Source: Amoebidium appalachense
Taxonomy: Eukaryota > Protista > Ichthyosporea
Direction: 5' to 3'
Assembly: GCA_963693365.1 (NCBI GenBank)
Contig: CAVNZM010000012.1
Location: 1,550,001 to 1,614,000 of the forward strand
Length of the DNA: 64,000 nucleotides
Positions 13,249 through 32,008 of this stretch are shown here, piece after piece. Both the position numbers and the translations under genes were made by a program. Every line of letters begins with the position of its first letter. The first letter of the stretch is position 1. Under the pieces are notes generated by a model, which made no database searches, had not been told where the DNA came from, and was given only the letters and a program-made list of their open reading frames with translations.

Positions 13249-15488
13249 CAACGAAGAATTGTTATGAGGTGTGGAGTAACCGAGAGATACTTCGCGCTCA
13301 GCCTACTCTACAATACCTTTCTTCCCCTTCTATCATTGATCGTATCGGCATTCTGTTACTTCACATCCACCTACCGCATTAGGCAATCGATTCGATTTCG
13401 ATCCAGGCACGTGCTATTCCCTTCCCTTAAACTCAGGACCACACGGCCTGCTATCGATGGAAACCGCCCATACGAGCCACAGAACACGGCATGCGAGGTA
13501 CCGGTGGCGATCAACACCAACACAACAGAACCTACGAGACATATCCAAGGAGAGGGCTCATACTATACAGGCACACCCGTTAAAGCGGATGGACGTTTGG
13601 TAAGTTCGCCGCTAGATTCGCAAGAGCACCGAACAGGTGAAGCAGACGTTGAGGCATATGAGGACATGTACGGTTTTGGTTCTAGTCCTACCCACATGCA
13701 AATATCGACCACCGCTGACGCCGTTGGTATTCACACATTCCCGTTTGACCCTTGCCCAAATATGGCTATTTCCCGACACACGGGATTGGCTGAGAGACTG
13801 TGTAATGGCGCTATTTGTCCCCCCGAGGGCCATATGGTGTGCAGCAGACCCCAGCCGACCATTTCAAGCATCTGGAGCCCTGCACGGGCACGCACAAAAG
13901 GTCCCTTCTCTCCCCTCCCCCCATTCCCATCCCCTCTCCCATCCCCACCCCCCCTACCCGGCCGCCCGCCCCCCCCCCCTCCCCCCCCCCCCTCCCTCCT
14001 CCCCCCCCCCCTCCCCCCTCCCCCCCTCCCCCCCTGCCCAGGCTCCCTCGCCTCTATATGGAGGCTCTATGGTTTTAGTCAGATTACCCGTTAGCTCCAC
14101 GTGCAGAACCAAACCCCTTCCTTAGTGGGCGACTATACCTCACCCAAATCTGCTACCAATCATCGCGTGGTCGGATATGCCATAGATCACCATCGAGCAC
14201 CTGAATCTTATAAGAAAAGCGCCTCTGATAGCACATCTTTTCCAAATAAGGCAGGCAATTTGGGTTTCACGGTTCAAAATCTGGGTTTGGGATAGGAATC
14301 TAGAAGGGGGGGGAGGGGGGGTCTTCCAGATTCCCAAACCCAAATCCAAATCTTCAGCGACAACAAGACGAAGCAAGAAAACGCCAAGAACTAAGATGTT
14401 AAGCATATTTCTGGTAAAATATAGGCCTAAATATATTATCTTATTAAGTAGCATTAATATCATGTATGTTTTATAGTGCCTATTATAGTATACTTCTTTG
14501 TTTCTTCATAGGCGTGGTGCGAAGCAGCGGTCATGCCGCATGCGTAACATCTGGGTTTAAAATCTGGGTTAGGGTTTAGGTTTTTGGGTACGGTATAGTC
14601 GCCCAGTGACTGATCTGCCCACACATTCTCAGAATCCTTGCACCTGGCTGCACTCGCTGTAAAAGCTCGCTTTTCTATGCCCAGAATCACTTCATATCAA
14701 CCCCCCCCCCCCCCCCCCCCCATCCCCCCCTTCTCCGCTCCCTCTCTTTTTTCCCATCTCAAATGAATTGAGATGAGGACCGGCGTATAGGGCGCATTTT
14801 CGCGCCACACCCGTGTGAACAGTTTTTCTCGCTTGGATGTTACCGGGGGAATATTATTTTACATTCGCTGCTCCGAACAACGTCCCTCCCCCCTTCCCCT
14901 CCCCCCCCTCCCCCCTCCCCCACTAGAAGGACCCCTTCCCCGCACACCCTTTTCTCCAACCTCTAGGAATTGATCTGTGCCCTGTATACTCTTGGTGGAT
15001 TTGAATTTGGCCCGAGGACATTTGCACCAGAAGTTACACACGGTTTGACTTCACAGAACAAATCACTCCCCTCACCACATACCCATATGTGCACGCCATC
15101 AACGGCGGATATCCCAGAAACATCGACAACCCACGCCATTGGCTCTCTTCCGAACCAATCAGCACTCACCGTAGCGTCTGCGGCCGAAGGAAGTCGACTG
15201 GCCAATCAGCAACGACTTGGCCACCACATGAACCTATTTGTGCTCGTGTATCTGGTCACGTGGTTTCCTTTTGTTCTCTTTACCCTCCTCTCTCTGCCTA
15301 AGAGTCATATTAAGGTGCCCGGGTGGATTGGACCCCTTCAGTCTGCGTGTGCAAGTCTTTCGGGTGTGTTGAATGCGGCGGTGTATTGGGTGTTCCTCAC
15401 GCTGCCCTCGGAGCAAAATAGTGGTGGGGGGTTTTCAAGGTGTGCAAAATTTCGGGTAGCGAAGGATTCTCTGTGTGCCGCAAAGTGA
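11440..15488 (+). CDS. 7TM G-protein-coupled receptor paralog, ~528 aa, 4 exons
   Basis: Exons 11440-11505 ([22 protein letters not shown]), 12410-12828 (419 nt, same length as in the paralog), 13257-13836, 14967-15488 ([20 protein letters not shown]). GT-AG introns, frame conserved. The exon 3/4 boundaries are less certain. Confidence 0.82.
14127..14604. mobile_element. MITE-like non-autonomous DNA transposon (478 bp) with TIRs and a 3-bp AGT target-site duplication
   Basis: Left end AGT|gggcgactatacctcacccaaa; right end tttgggtacggtatagtcgccc|AGT. Perfect 13-bp TIR, extendable to ~22 bp imperfect. No coding capacity. GGGC termini with a 3-bp TSD are reminiscent of the PIF/Harbinger-related group (inference). 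Confidence 0.75.
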
Positions 15489-15807
15489 CGACCAACAAAC
15501 TACAGCACAGGGTCCACCGGCGTAGACACAGTGTATATTGAATATGCAGGAGCTGCTTGCAAACAGGTTTTTTTTATTTCAGAGTTTCAAAGAGAAGAAA
15601 GAAAGCGTGCGTGTGTAGGTGCACTAGACAACCACTCCCTGCATTTGCAATCCCAATCGCCCGGCATGAAGATGGCAAACCCGGCTGTTCGATGTACCTT
15701 ACACCGTTTTTTGAACATTGTTGCGTGCAAACTAGGCAATGTAGGGCACAAATTTCTTCCTCTCAGTCTTGCTCCCCCAAATCCCTCGCCCAAATCCCTC
15801 CCCCAAA

Positions 15808-15843
<36 letters not shown>

Positions 15844-16242
15844 CCCCCTGTCACCCCCCCCCCCCCCAAAAAAAAAAATAAAAATAAAAATAAAAATAAA
15901 AAATAAAAAATCCCACCCTGCACCTCTTTCCCGAACAGCCTTCCTGTCCACGCACACACACACACACCGGTTATTCTTTTTCTCGTGTCACATTTCATTT
16001 AGGGGGACTGCAACCGGGCTAAGCCTTGGGTTGGCTGCATACATATTATACATTACTGAAAACTGGACAAGCACTAAATGCCCTGGCGTAAATAACAGAA
16101 GTTCATAGAAACCGCATCTGGTTCAAAGGTTAGCACGGAAACTCATGTGAAACCCCTTAACTTGAAGCTTATCATTTACACGATCAGTGAAACAATACAA
16201 AAGGCTTCCAATGCAATTATTACTGGGTGTAATACCTCTTGT

Positions 16243-16281
<39 letters not shown>

Positions 16282-17199
16282 GCATCCCCATGAGGACGTC
16301 CGTACGCGCACCCAACTTCCCCCCTCCACGTCGTCCCCCTCCGCTCCCCTTCCACTCCCAAATCCTCCCTCCTCCCCACCCATCCCGGCCCCAACCCTCC
16401 CCACCCAAGCCGCTCCACAGTGCCCCCAACCACCACCAGCCCAACTTGCCACTCTCCCCATTCATCCCCCCCTCCCCCCCCTCTCCCCTCCTCCCCCCCC
16501 CCCCCCTCCCCCCCCCTCCCCCCCCCCCCCCCTCCTCCTCCCCACCCAACCCCCCGGGGCGCCAAGCTGGTTCCCAAAGAGGGGTTGAAAAGGGGATGAG
16601 GTGGAGGAGAGATCTAGAAGGGGGAGGGGGAGAGGGGAGGATCTATTTGGGCTTCTGGAGTCGGACCGGCTCCTAGCTATTATGAATGGTGAGGCCTAAA
16701 ATGAACAAGGAGGAGATCATGATCGATCACCTGGATCATGGTCGATCACCTGGACCATGGAACGTCTTAGAACACGTAGGGGGCCCCCCGGCAGATTCGG
16801 CCTACTTCCACAACCGGGCCGTTTGGTTGGCTGGCGCGGGGCCGGGGTTACGTAAGGCGGCGGGGTCGGGGGGGGCATGGGGGATGCAGACACGATATAG
16901 AGGTTTGGGGGGAGGCTTGCGTAGGGCCTTACGTAAGCCTTATGCGTAAGACGGTCAGGCGGCGGCGGGCGCTGGGTAAAGCACGATACGGAAGAGGTGG
17001 GTCTGAGATTTATGTCGCGAATCGGGTTGCGCGGTTGTGAAAGTTGCGCTAACGACTTAATTAGTAGGGGATCAATCATATTCTTGGGTCGTGCGAGTTT
17101 TGCAGAACTTCGAGTGGCCTCGTGAGCCGTGATAGTGAACCAGTCGGAGGGCCCGGTTGTGAAGGCTAGCTAATGAGCGTTAATTACACCTCTAACTTT

Positions 17200-17881
17200 A
17201 TATGAGCGTAATCAGCGGCATAGTATAGGGGGAGCCATGAGGCTCGGGCAGGGTCTCGGCGGATCTGGTCTCTGCCTATGACTCCAAGTACAAATTCATA
17301 TGCGTGTGATTGTGGGACAATCTCACTCATACATCTCGGCGGCGGGAGTGAGCTCGCCCCGAGCTCATAGCAGTGCGCAGTGGAAAGCGGCTAGGCCATC
17401 AGAGGGCGGTCGGGCTGTCTCTGCTACCATATATGAGCGTAATCAGCGGCATAGTATAGGGGGAGCCATGAGGCTCGGGCAGGGTCTCGGCGGATCTGGT
17501 CTCTTTTGATTGGCTGTGCTGGAAAACGCAGTAGGCCGTCGAATGTGGCTGGGCCTCCGGCAATGTCCACGCAATAAAAAGTGTGTAAACCCCAACCCTA
17601 TGACTCCAAGTACAAATTCATATGCGTGTGATTGTGGGACAATCTCACTCATACATCTCGGCGGCGGGAGTGAGCTCGCCCCGAGCTCATATGCATAGCA
17701 GTGCGCAGTGGAAAGCGGCTAGGCCATCAGAGGGCGGTCGGGCTGTCTCTGCTACCATATATGAGCGTAATCAGCGGCATATTATAGGGGAAGCCATGAG
17801 GCTCGGGCGGATCTGGTCTCTGCCTATGACTCCAAGTACAAATTCATATGCGTGTGATTGTGGGACAATCTCACTCATACA
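17200..17881. repeat. Tandem repeat, 231-bp unit, ~2.5 copies, with a ~90-bp insertion in unit 2
   Basis: tatgagcgtaatcagcggcat starts at 17201, 17432 and 17760. The units are nearly identical and contain several short inverted repeats. Confidence 0.9.
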
Positions 17882-18197
17882 ACTTGCACAACCGGGCGAT
17901 ATGATTGGGTAAGTCTTTTGAATGAAATGGTTGGGTAAGAATCACGGATTTGTCTTAGCGGCTAGTGGAGAAGTATAGAAGAGGTGAACACGAAATTTTC
18001 GATCAGTTTGTGACGCAGCGCGGTGTAGAGCAGAGTAGAAGAAAGCTGTCTTTTTTTTTTTTTTTAGGGTAGTGCATAACAGTCAAACTCGAGTGTGGAT
18101 ATCTTTGCACACGAGTATGAGGTTTCCTCTTTGTCGAAGTATTTTTGACATATACTAATCCGTCTCAGCAGATTAGCCTAAGTGCTACGATCGAGAT

Positions 18198-18263
<66 letters not shown>

Positions 18264-19031
18264 GGCCCGGGTCCAAAGATCATCAAGATCAAGTCCGGGG
18301 CCTCAAGATAGCTGTGCAGCTGCGTGCATCATCTTGCCTCTGCCGGCGCAGGGCAGGACCACGTCAGCTGGGACAGCCGACCAATAGAATTCTAATTAGT
18401 GTGTAGGATAGATCGTAGGAGGACTTAGGAATGTGATTGTTCGGGCAGAAGCCCTTTTGTAAATATTGGCAAGTTTTGATAGTGTATGCTGCCAAACGTA
18501 TTTATATATTTCGATGACAGAGGAAAGGGGGGAGGGAGGGGGGAGGGAGATAGTATGAAATGTAGAATTAGACTCTGCGGTGCCACTAGGGGAAGGGAGA
18601 GGGGGTGAGACATGGATATATATATTAGTTGAGTAGATCGACTTAGCTCGTGCAGGCGCACGATAAAAGTAGATCGGAATGTTAATGGAATGTGGCATCG
18701 TAGGGGGCCAGGTGATGATGTTTCTTGTAGGGCACGGCCTTGATGGCCTCAGTCGTAACTTAGACTCAATCCGTACGGATCTAAGTTTGCCCGTCGGAGC
18801 CTGGTCTTAATAAACTTTACCGTTTTTCTGTACACGTTCGTTCCTTTTCGTGTGTGTACACTTAGTAGAGTGCCGCGTCTCTAGTACACATATAATAGGA
18901 TACGACAAGCTACACCCCCCTTGTTGTTTTTTTGACAAATAGTAAGTTAAGATAGCGGGGGGGGTTATGCACTTTGTATTGCTGCGGACATCGTCAGGGG
19001 CCACGGCCATCTAAAAAAACACCTACAAAGT

Positions 19032-19119
<88 letters not shown>

Positions 19120-19154
19120 ACACACACACACACACATGTACGTGACACACACAC

Positions 19155-19730
19155 ACCGCGCACACGCGGGGACACCTTCACGTACACACAATCACACACA
19201 AGTACACACACACGTAAACACCCGCACACCTTACCCTCTCACTAGCGTACACACGTACACACACGTACACACGTGCAGGAATGTGTACGTCGTCGTGCCC
19301 TGAAGTCTGTCCAGGCCAACCCACACTTCAGCAAAGAGGTGGCCGAAAAAGCTCTGGAGGAGGTCTTTGACCGTTGCTACGCTGACAGTGCCCCCCTATA
19401 TGCCATGCACCCATGATGCACACACACACGTCCACATACAGGTACACACAGAGAGAGAGAGAGTGTGTGGGGGAGGGGGGGTGGAGAGAGAGACACACAC
19501 AACACGTGTGCGCGTGACACGCACACATACTTTACACACACACACACACACACACACCTTCTACCAGACCCTGCCAAACAAGCAAACACACAGCACACTT
19601 GTCGCCTTTTCTTATGTGTGTCACACTCCTATCTCATTTTTTTATGATTCACAGTATCTTTTCTTATGTGTGCCGCACCCCTATCTTATTTTTCTTCTGA
19701 TTCACAGTACTAAAGACCGAAGATTAAAGC
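19155..19730 (+). pseudogene. Inverted duplicate of the ATP23 last intron end, last exon (19279-19416) and 3' region
   Basis: Near-identical reverse complement of ~26598-27160. It encodes ECVRRRALKSVQANPHFSKEVAEKALEEVFDRCYADSAPLYAMHP* (one extra codon), with the acceptor intact and no upstream ATP23 exons. Confidence 0.88.
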
Positions 19731-20116
19731 TGAGTGTCAATCAACATGTTAGGCAATTGCGATACCGTGGAGATCGATGTGGCTCATAGATTTATGGTCG
19801 GATCATTTTTCGAGCTTCGGGAACATCAAATATTGGCGGCAACTGATCTGAGTGCGAGCTGATGGCGCTTCAGACGGGGCCGGAATCGGATCCCTGACAG
19901 GTGCATTGTGGGTCCGAAGATGTAGGGCTACCTTTCGTAAAAACTAGTCACATCATGATGGTGTAGAGAGGACAATCATGAAAGGCATGCATATGTCTGA
20001 AAACTAAAGAAAATACCGAGGACCAGCGCATCAAACGACCAACGCCAGAGAGGAAGGGGGAGGAGGGAAGAGAATCCAAGCAGAGAAGGGGGGGGGGGGT
20101 GGGGTGGGGGTGGGGT

Positions 20117-20182
<66 letters not shown>

Positions 20183-20436
20183 AACTTGTTTTGCGCGCCA
20201 AAAAACGACCACCTGTGACGTCATATGACTAATCCGGCAGCAAGAGCCGCGCTGAGCTTCCTTCGTTTTCATGATCAAGTTGTCGCCGCTGCCAAAGTTT
20301 CTTTTTGCCTTGCACAGAGTGGAAGAGAGAAACACCGGACGTTGGCTTTATTGCTCGAGATCTTATTCAAGATAGCCATTGCCGTTTCAAGTTCTAAAAT
20401 TACTCTTTCTGAAATTTTGTTTTTTCATCCGCCAAC

Positions 20437-24947
<4,511 letters not shown>

Positions 24948-25269
24948 CACGTGTGCATGTCCATAAATGAGAATATGTCCTTGCATATTTACGACATGTG
25001 GATGGGTGATGACGTGTGTGGGTGGAAGATTAGAGAAAAATGATGTAATATTCGAGCAATTTTGTGTGTGCAGTATTTGAAATGAAAATTTGTCTTTAGT
25101 GTTTGTCCTTCGCGCTTCTATATCCAATGGTATCCGGCTTTCGTTGTAAATATAGTCAGGATTGTGTATGGGGTATATAACACAGCCCATTTTTGAAGGT
25201 AGTTTTAAATCTTAAAGTTTGTATTTTCTAATTTAGATTACTGGTATTTAGTATTTGCTCATTTGACGT

Positions 25270-25482
25270 GCACATTCTTCCTGGAGTAATTCTAGGTATA
25301 TCCAGAGTATATATATCTCCACATCTTCAATGCATTTTCCTTTCTAGGTATATGTAGTTCATATCTCCATTGCCAAAACATTTTCCCTGGTAAATTTCTA
25401 GGTATATCTAGCTCATGTTTCCATCCTTAGTGCATTTTCCCTGGAGTTGATCTACGTATATCTAGCACATATCTCCATCTTC
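25270..25482. repeat. Degenerate minisatellite, 4 units of ~50-60 bp
   Basis: Recurring cattttccctgg...tctaggtatatctag...catatctccat. Confidence 0.8.
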
Positions 25483-26360
25483 TGTCGGCTGACAGATCGT
25501 GCCGGTTTTCTGCCGAATAACTTATGATAGTGATTGTCTTAGCAGTCCAGTATACCAACAAAGTGTAAGCCTAAAGTGCCTCTCTCTTTTGTTTGATTGT
25601 TTTTCACACCGTTGTTTTTTTTGCTGTTTATGACGAATGACGACTATTTTTGTGGCACTTTACGTATGCAAAATATTCGAAGCACTGGCTGCTACATATA
25701 CCTTAAAGGTAATTAGCTACCGATTTTGCAGCATAAGACCCCCCCCCCCCCCCCCCCCCCCCCCCGGGCCCCCCAACACACACACACGTATATAACCATA
25801 TTGACAACAACAGTACACATGACTCCTGCACAAACCTTCCTGCTCCTAACGTTAACCCCCTCGTACACGTTCACGCACACACTCAAACCGGACGCGCGCA
25901 CGTACTCAACGCACACATGCACACACGCGTACTCAGCGCCTTGACATGCCCATGAAAATCTAGACCGTATATGTAAGAGGCGTACATACGCACACAGATC
26001 TAGACGAGGCATGAATGAACAAACATGCGTGCATGCGCACACAGTGAGAAACTATTACACACGGAATGAAGCAGCTAGATATACATGTGTGTGTGTGTGC
26101 ACGTGTGTACGCGTGTGTGTGTTTGTGCGTGTTTGTACGTGTCTATCGCACCATAGCCGTCGTTAGCAAGGCCACTAGACATGAAAAACTTTCATGTTGC
26201 AGCCTGGATTAGTTTGCATTTATCAACCACGGGTATGACCATTCCCAGATGTTTTCTTGGGAAAGACAACATAATTATTGACCCGGGAGTTAACCCAAAT
26301 CAGGTCAGTTTTATCTTTTCTTTCGTTTTTGGTTGGTTTACACGGTCTACACATCATATA

Positions 26361-26392
<32 letters not shown>

Positions 26393-26768
26393 TGCCCCCC
26401 CAGTTTTAGTTGTATGGACCGGCCACACATTCTTTTGGTGCAATCAAAACCAGAAAATGGGTCCCAATCTAATATTGCAAAAACGTACTGAACCCAATAA
26501 GTCAAAATGATTTTTGGTTGAATGTCATCAGGCGTATATACAGGCACATGAACAGGTACATGATTTATTCGGGGACCGAACCCACCGACATTAATAGGCT
26601 TTAATCTTCGGTCTTTAGTACTGTGAATCAGAAGAAAAATAAGATAGGGGTGCGGCACACATAAGAAAAGATACTGTGAATCATAAAAAAATGAGATAGG
26701 AGTGTGACACACATAAGAAAAGGCGACAAGTGTGCTGTGTGTTTGCTTGTTTGGCAGGGTCTGGTAGA

Positions 26769-26801
<33 letters not shown>

Positions 26802-26900
26802 ACGCGCACACGTGTTGTGTGTGTCTCTCTCTCCACCCCCCCTCCCCCACACACTCTCTCTTTCTGTGTGTGTACCTGTATGTGGACGTGTGTGTGTGCA

Positions 26901-27157
26901 TCATGGGTGCATGGCATAGGGGGCACTGTCAGCGTAGCAACGGTCAAAGACCTCCTCCAGAGCTTTTTCGGCCACCTCTTTGCTGAAGTGTGGGTTGGCC
27001 TGGACAGACTTCAGGGCACGACGACGTACACATTCCTGCACGTGTGTACGTGTGTGTACGTGTGTACGTTAGTGAGAGAATAAGGTGTGCGGGTGTTTAC
27101 GTGTGTGTTTACTTGTGTGTGAATGTGTGTCCGTGTAGGTGTCCCCGCGTGTGCGCG

Positions 27158-27190
<33 letters not shown>

Positions 27191-27356
27191 CGCGCGAGTG
27201 AATGAATGTGTGTGTGTGTGTGTACTCGTGTGTGCATATTTTTTTTTGTGTGTGTGGGTATATATATGAGGTTGTGTGGTTGCTTCGGGGGCTCATGGTG
27301 CATGGGGTGGGGTGGGGAATGAGCATTTCTTTATTTCTTTTTCTTTTTTCTTTTTT

Positions 27357-27387
<31 letters not shown>

Positions 27388-27502
27388 TTTCAATGTGCCG
27401 TATAAGGGCTAAGTACACATTCATGATGGGGACACAGCTACGCAATGAAAATTGTGCAACACATACACAAACAACATGCATCATAAGCATTGCCTATCTT
27501 CA

Positions 27503-27545
<43 letters not shown>

Positions 27546-27667
27546 GAAAAGGAAGTGTAGGTGTGGATGTGTGAGTTAGAAGGGGGAGTGTTGGTGAGGA
27601 AAGTCGATATTGAGGGGAAAGCAAAGAACATGGTGGTGGTGGCGTTTTCTTTTTGGGGGGGGGAGGA

Positions 27668-27704
<37 letters not shown>

Positions 27705-29422
27705 TGGGGGGTACGAAGCACACAATTCACGTTGAAGCACAAGGCAGATTTCGCAAAGTACACGCACACACCAAGCATGCACTATAACTTGAGGCAGGGG
27801 GGGGGGGGGGGGGGGGGGGTTTGAATGCGGCACACGGTACGAAGCACGCATACACGACGAGAAGCATGCTGCAGGACACATGCAAAGGCAAACATTCAAG
27901 TATGCAACATCAGCCATGTGCACAGTATGCGTCATAAGCAGAGCCCATCCTCAGGGGGGGGGGGGGGGGGGGGGGGGGGGGATAATGGACGTACCCTCAT
28001 GCCGTTGCGAAACTGCACCTTCCCTGTCTGCATGTATTCGATCTTCATTTCACACTCCCCGCTCAGCGCGGCTGCACGGATCTGGGGACAAAATACAGTG
28101 TGAGGTACTGGAAAGAAACAGTGTGCATTTTGTGGGTAAACATGAAATTACAAATAGGCGCAAATGCATATTCCGGAGAACAAATCTGTGCATAGATGAA
28201 TTATTGGTATGCTATGAATGAGTACGCAATAGATTGGACTAAAAGAAAATAGAGTGCTGCATACATGGGGGAATATGCAGCAAAGGCGTGGTCCGTGCAT
28301 GCAATTGGACAAATGTGAACGGGCGGTTTTCGACAACGCTTCGCTTTGGCAGCTCAAGAGACGGGCGGGGGGGGGGGGGGGGAGGGGGGGGGGAGGGGGC
28401 GAGGTGACAAACGAATGAAGGACCCGAACCTATGATATCATATCCTGACCGCCCGCCCAGGAGTGTGTGTGTGGGGAGGGGGGGAGGGGGGGAGGGGGAG
28501 GGGGAGGAGGAGGGGAGGGGAGGGGAATGTGTTACAGAATCCGGAGTACACATTCATAACGGGCAACACAATGCAGAGTGCAAAGCACAAACAAAGGGTA
28601 TGCAAATTAAGCAGAGCCCATCCTCGGTGCGCGTGGGGCGCAGGGAGAGGGGGGGGGGGGGGGGGGGGGGGGGGTGGTGAGAAGGGAGGTCATGTATGCA
28701 AAAAGGGTTGGAAACATGAACAAGACACCAAAGGACAAAACACCAAACGTCACTATATATGAAAAATTCTAAATCAAACCATGAAATGGGGCTTGGGGGG
28801 GGGGGGGGGGGGGGGGTCACCTCTGAGCAGGCGTGGTGGTGGGGGTCTGACCAGTCGACCTTTGCCCGACAGTGATCAAACATGTGGATGAGCTCATGTG
28901 CAAGTGTGCGGTCCATGTGGGCTTGGTCACGGATCCGATCCTGGCATAGCCGCACCTGATTGGCTAAGAGTCAGTAATCGATCGATTGCATGCAATCGAA
29001 TTGGTTGGATTTCGGTGGTCGAAGGCAATGTCACTGAATCTACAAAATCGGTCATTATGCAGAGGATGTGAGATTGCGGGGAAATGTCGAAATTCCAAAA
29101 CCATGTAAGGAATGTCAAACGGGCCAGCGTAAGGATTGCATGTAATGTAGCTCCACTTGAACTTGGTTTCCAAATGGCGACAATTTGAGCAAAATTCTCT
29201 CCCTCCACCGTTCTTTTTGGTGTTTGTGCGAGTGTGATGTAATGTTTCAAGAAACGGAAAGAATTCACGGTTATGGTGGCTCATAGCAGTTTGGCATTAT
29301 GCGGAATGGGAAGAGTGGATGGAAGTGGAATAGTGTGAGAAGGGAGAAAGGGGAGGTGAGGGTGTAGATGCGTGTGTGTTCAATGTGGGGGGGAGGGGGG
29401 GGGGGGGCAGAGGGAAGCAGGA

Positions 29423-29457
<35 letters not shown>

Positions 29458-29470
29458 CATAAAAGCATAC

Positions 29471-29545
<75 letters not shown>

Positions 29546-29848
29546 GGGAGAAGGGGAAGAAAGAGAGGGGAACAGAGAGAGTGAACTAGTGAGAGATAGA
29601 TACAGAGAGGGTGTGACAGGGACTCGGAATATCTGAAGTGCTGAAAGGGGGGAGGGCGGGGGGTGGGGGCGGGGGGACCCAAAAGAGAGCTGTACACATA
29701 ACACGGCCATTATCAAGCATCACCTAACCCAAACACACCAAAAAAAAAAAAACGCACAGGCAAAAGACAGCTACACAGGGCTCCTCATTCTGCGCAAAGG
29801 GACGGTTGGGGGAGATGCGTGTGTGTGCGTGTGTGTGTGTGTGTATGT

Positions 29849-29882
<34 letters not shown>

Positions 29883-31184
29883 GGGGGGGGGGGGGGACGG
29901 ATATACAATCATACCCCGACGTCTGGGTTGAAGCCACCGGCAATGCCTTCCGTGCCATCCCCCGCATCACACGGTATGCACACCATGTGCCTGGCTTCCA
30001 CCTATGCACACAAACACACACACACACACACACACAACTTTAAACAACACGTAGTGCCAGTCCTCCCCTCCCCTCCCCTCCCCTCCCTCCCCTCCCCCCC
30101 CCTCCCCACCCCTAACCCCTTCTCGTCCTCTACCTCCCAACATCTTCCACCGTTTCCTCACTTTTTCCACACACTCTTTCATCAAGCTTTATATAAACTG
30201 AAACATCCGTGCCTGCCCCCCTCCCCCCCCCCCTCCCCCCCCTCCCCCAAACCCTGACCCCACGCTTCCCCATCCACACAACCCCCACTCTCACGCTTTC
30301 CATTTTACACACACACATAACCACTCATGATCGTAGAAATAGCTAGAAATCAAGAGGACAAACCTTCCAACTCAAACCCCCCCCCCCCCCCCCCTTCTCC
30401 CCACCCCCCCTCTCCCCTCCACAAAAATAATAGTAAAATAATGGTAAGCATAATAATAAAAAATTCTTTTCTACTCAACCGCTTCTCCAGCTGGCCCGAA
30501 TCAGCATGCTCCCCCCCCCCCCCCCCTTTCCTCTCCCCCCTCCCCCCTCCCCCCTCCTCCCCTCCTTCCCCCCCCCCCCCCCCCCCCCCCCCCCTGCCCC
30601 TCTCCCCCCCCCCTTCCCCCTCCTGCTCCCCCGGTGAAGAAGAGACGGGTCATATATTCCCTTCAAAACAACTTCATAACTTTCGAGAAAAATTCCCATC
30701 CATCCCATCTCCCACCCTCAAAAAAGCTCAAAATTCCCGGCCACCACATCCAAGGGCACACCAACACCTGTTTGCACCAAACGTACCTCACACCCCGCCT
30801 TCTCCATCTGCTGAAGCATAAACTTCACCAACGGTGCTGAAATGATCAAAATATATTAGACAATGGTTAACCCTATCTATCTTCATAATTCTGAACAATA
30901 GAGAGGAAAAAAGACAGACCGCGATGCAACGATCACACAAAAACACTCGCTTTGGCACTATCATCCCCCCCCCCCCTCCCCCCCCCCCCCCCCCCCCCCC
31001 CCCCCACCACCACCACCACCACCACCAAACCCCTCCCCCCCCCCCCCACACACAGTTACTCCCAACCTCCAAGAGAGCATTTTCATGCACTTGTACACGT
31101 CCACACGAAAAAAACAAAAAACAAGAGCACATACTCCTACGGCAATGTGATCTAGATCCACTCTCATTCATCTCGCAATACCCC

Positions 31185-31282
<98 letters not shown>

Positions 31283-32008
31283 GCGCCATCTCCCCAACCC
31301 CCCTTTACACCCTTCCCCCCGTCACCTCTCCTCTGCCACTTTGCTCTTTTGCCTTCTCCCTTACTATCTCCATTCCTCTTCCTCCCCCCCCCTCCCCCCT
31401 CCCCCACCCCCCCCCCCCCCCCCCCCCAACCCCCCCCCCACTCCCTTTCCACCACATGTACCCACCCAACCTGTCCCGTGGTGTATAACTCGCTGATGCC
31501 ATCTAGTTTTACCCATCTACAGCTGGTTCATATGACCCCTGCCTGCCCCGCCTCACCTCCCCCTCCCCCACCACCACACACACACACAGCACACGCCCTT
31601 TACCACACTTCCCCCCCCCCCCCCCTCCCCCCCTTCCCCTTACCCCCTCCCCCCCAAAAAAATCACCCACCCACCCTTTATATCTCCCACCCAAACCTTC
31701 TCTCCTTGAGATCTTGTGCATCTGCATCTTCCCTCCCAACCCCACCCTCCACTCCCCCCTTTCCCCGGCTCCTATCACTTTCTCCTCCCTTCCCCCCCTC
31801 CCCCCCTTTCCCTTGAAAAAAAAAAGAGAGAGAAATCTTCCTCCTCTCCCCCCACTGGCCCTCTTTTTCAGTGTAAACGGGGGGAAAGGGGGGAAAGGAC
31901 GCAGTGCAGCCATCACCTACAGTATACACATGACTTCACTTTCTGTTGCTCACAGCGCAACCGCTGCGACTCCTTAAAGTCATCCACTTGCCCCACCTTT
32001 TGCTCCAT
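26901..32008 (-). CDS. ATP23: Mitochondrial inner membrane protease ATP23 (peptidase M76), 193 aa, 6 exons
   Basis: Exons (minus) 32008-31921, 30836-30787 (SPLVKFMLQQMEKAGCE), 30001-29915 (CIPC...AGGFNP), 28955-28821 (TLAHELIHMFDHCRAKVDW...HACSE; HExxH), 28081-27995 (IRAAALSGEC), 27035-26901 (ECVRRRA...VFDRCYADSAPY*). All GT-AG, 582 nt in frame. Confidence 0.93.
27388..27504 (-). mobile_element. Diverged 3' fragment of the hammerhead repeat family (CUGAAGA variant)
   Basis: Reverse strand reads ctCTGAAGAtaggcaatgcttatgatgc...tgtgtacttag...cattgaaa followed by poly-C. Lies in ATP23 intron 5. Confidence 0.6.
27820..27954 (-). mobile_element. 3' fragment of hammerhead repeat subfamily B
   Basis: The reverse complement matches 52258-52391 (ctgaggatgggctctgcttatgacgc...cattcaaa). 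Embedded in a G tract in ATP23 intron 5. Confidence 0.85.
28526..28625 (-). mobile_element. Diverged 3' fragment of the hammerhead repeat family
   Basis: Reverse strand reads gaggatgggctctgcttaa...ccgttatgaatgtgtactcc...cattcccc. Lies in ATP23 intron 4. Confidence 0.65.

Noticed and set aside
14553-14590. Telomere-like gggttagggtttagg
   Set aside because: Only one or two degenerate units, and they are part of the MITE subterminal region.
18980-19012. Minus-strand ggcccCTGACGAtg resembling the CUGANGA strand
   Set aside because: No matching GAAA or cleavage strand and no family tail nearby; it may be chance.
25270-25482. CRISPR-like array reading of this repeat and of 17200-17881
   Set aside because: The context is eukaryotic, the units are whole tandem duplicates without unique spacers, and there are no cas genes.
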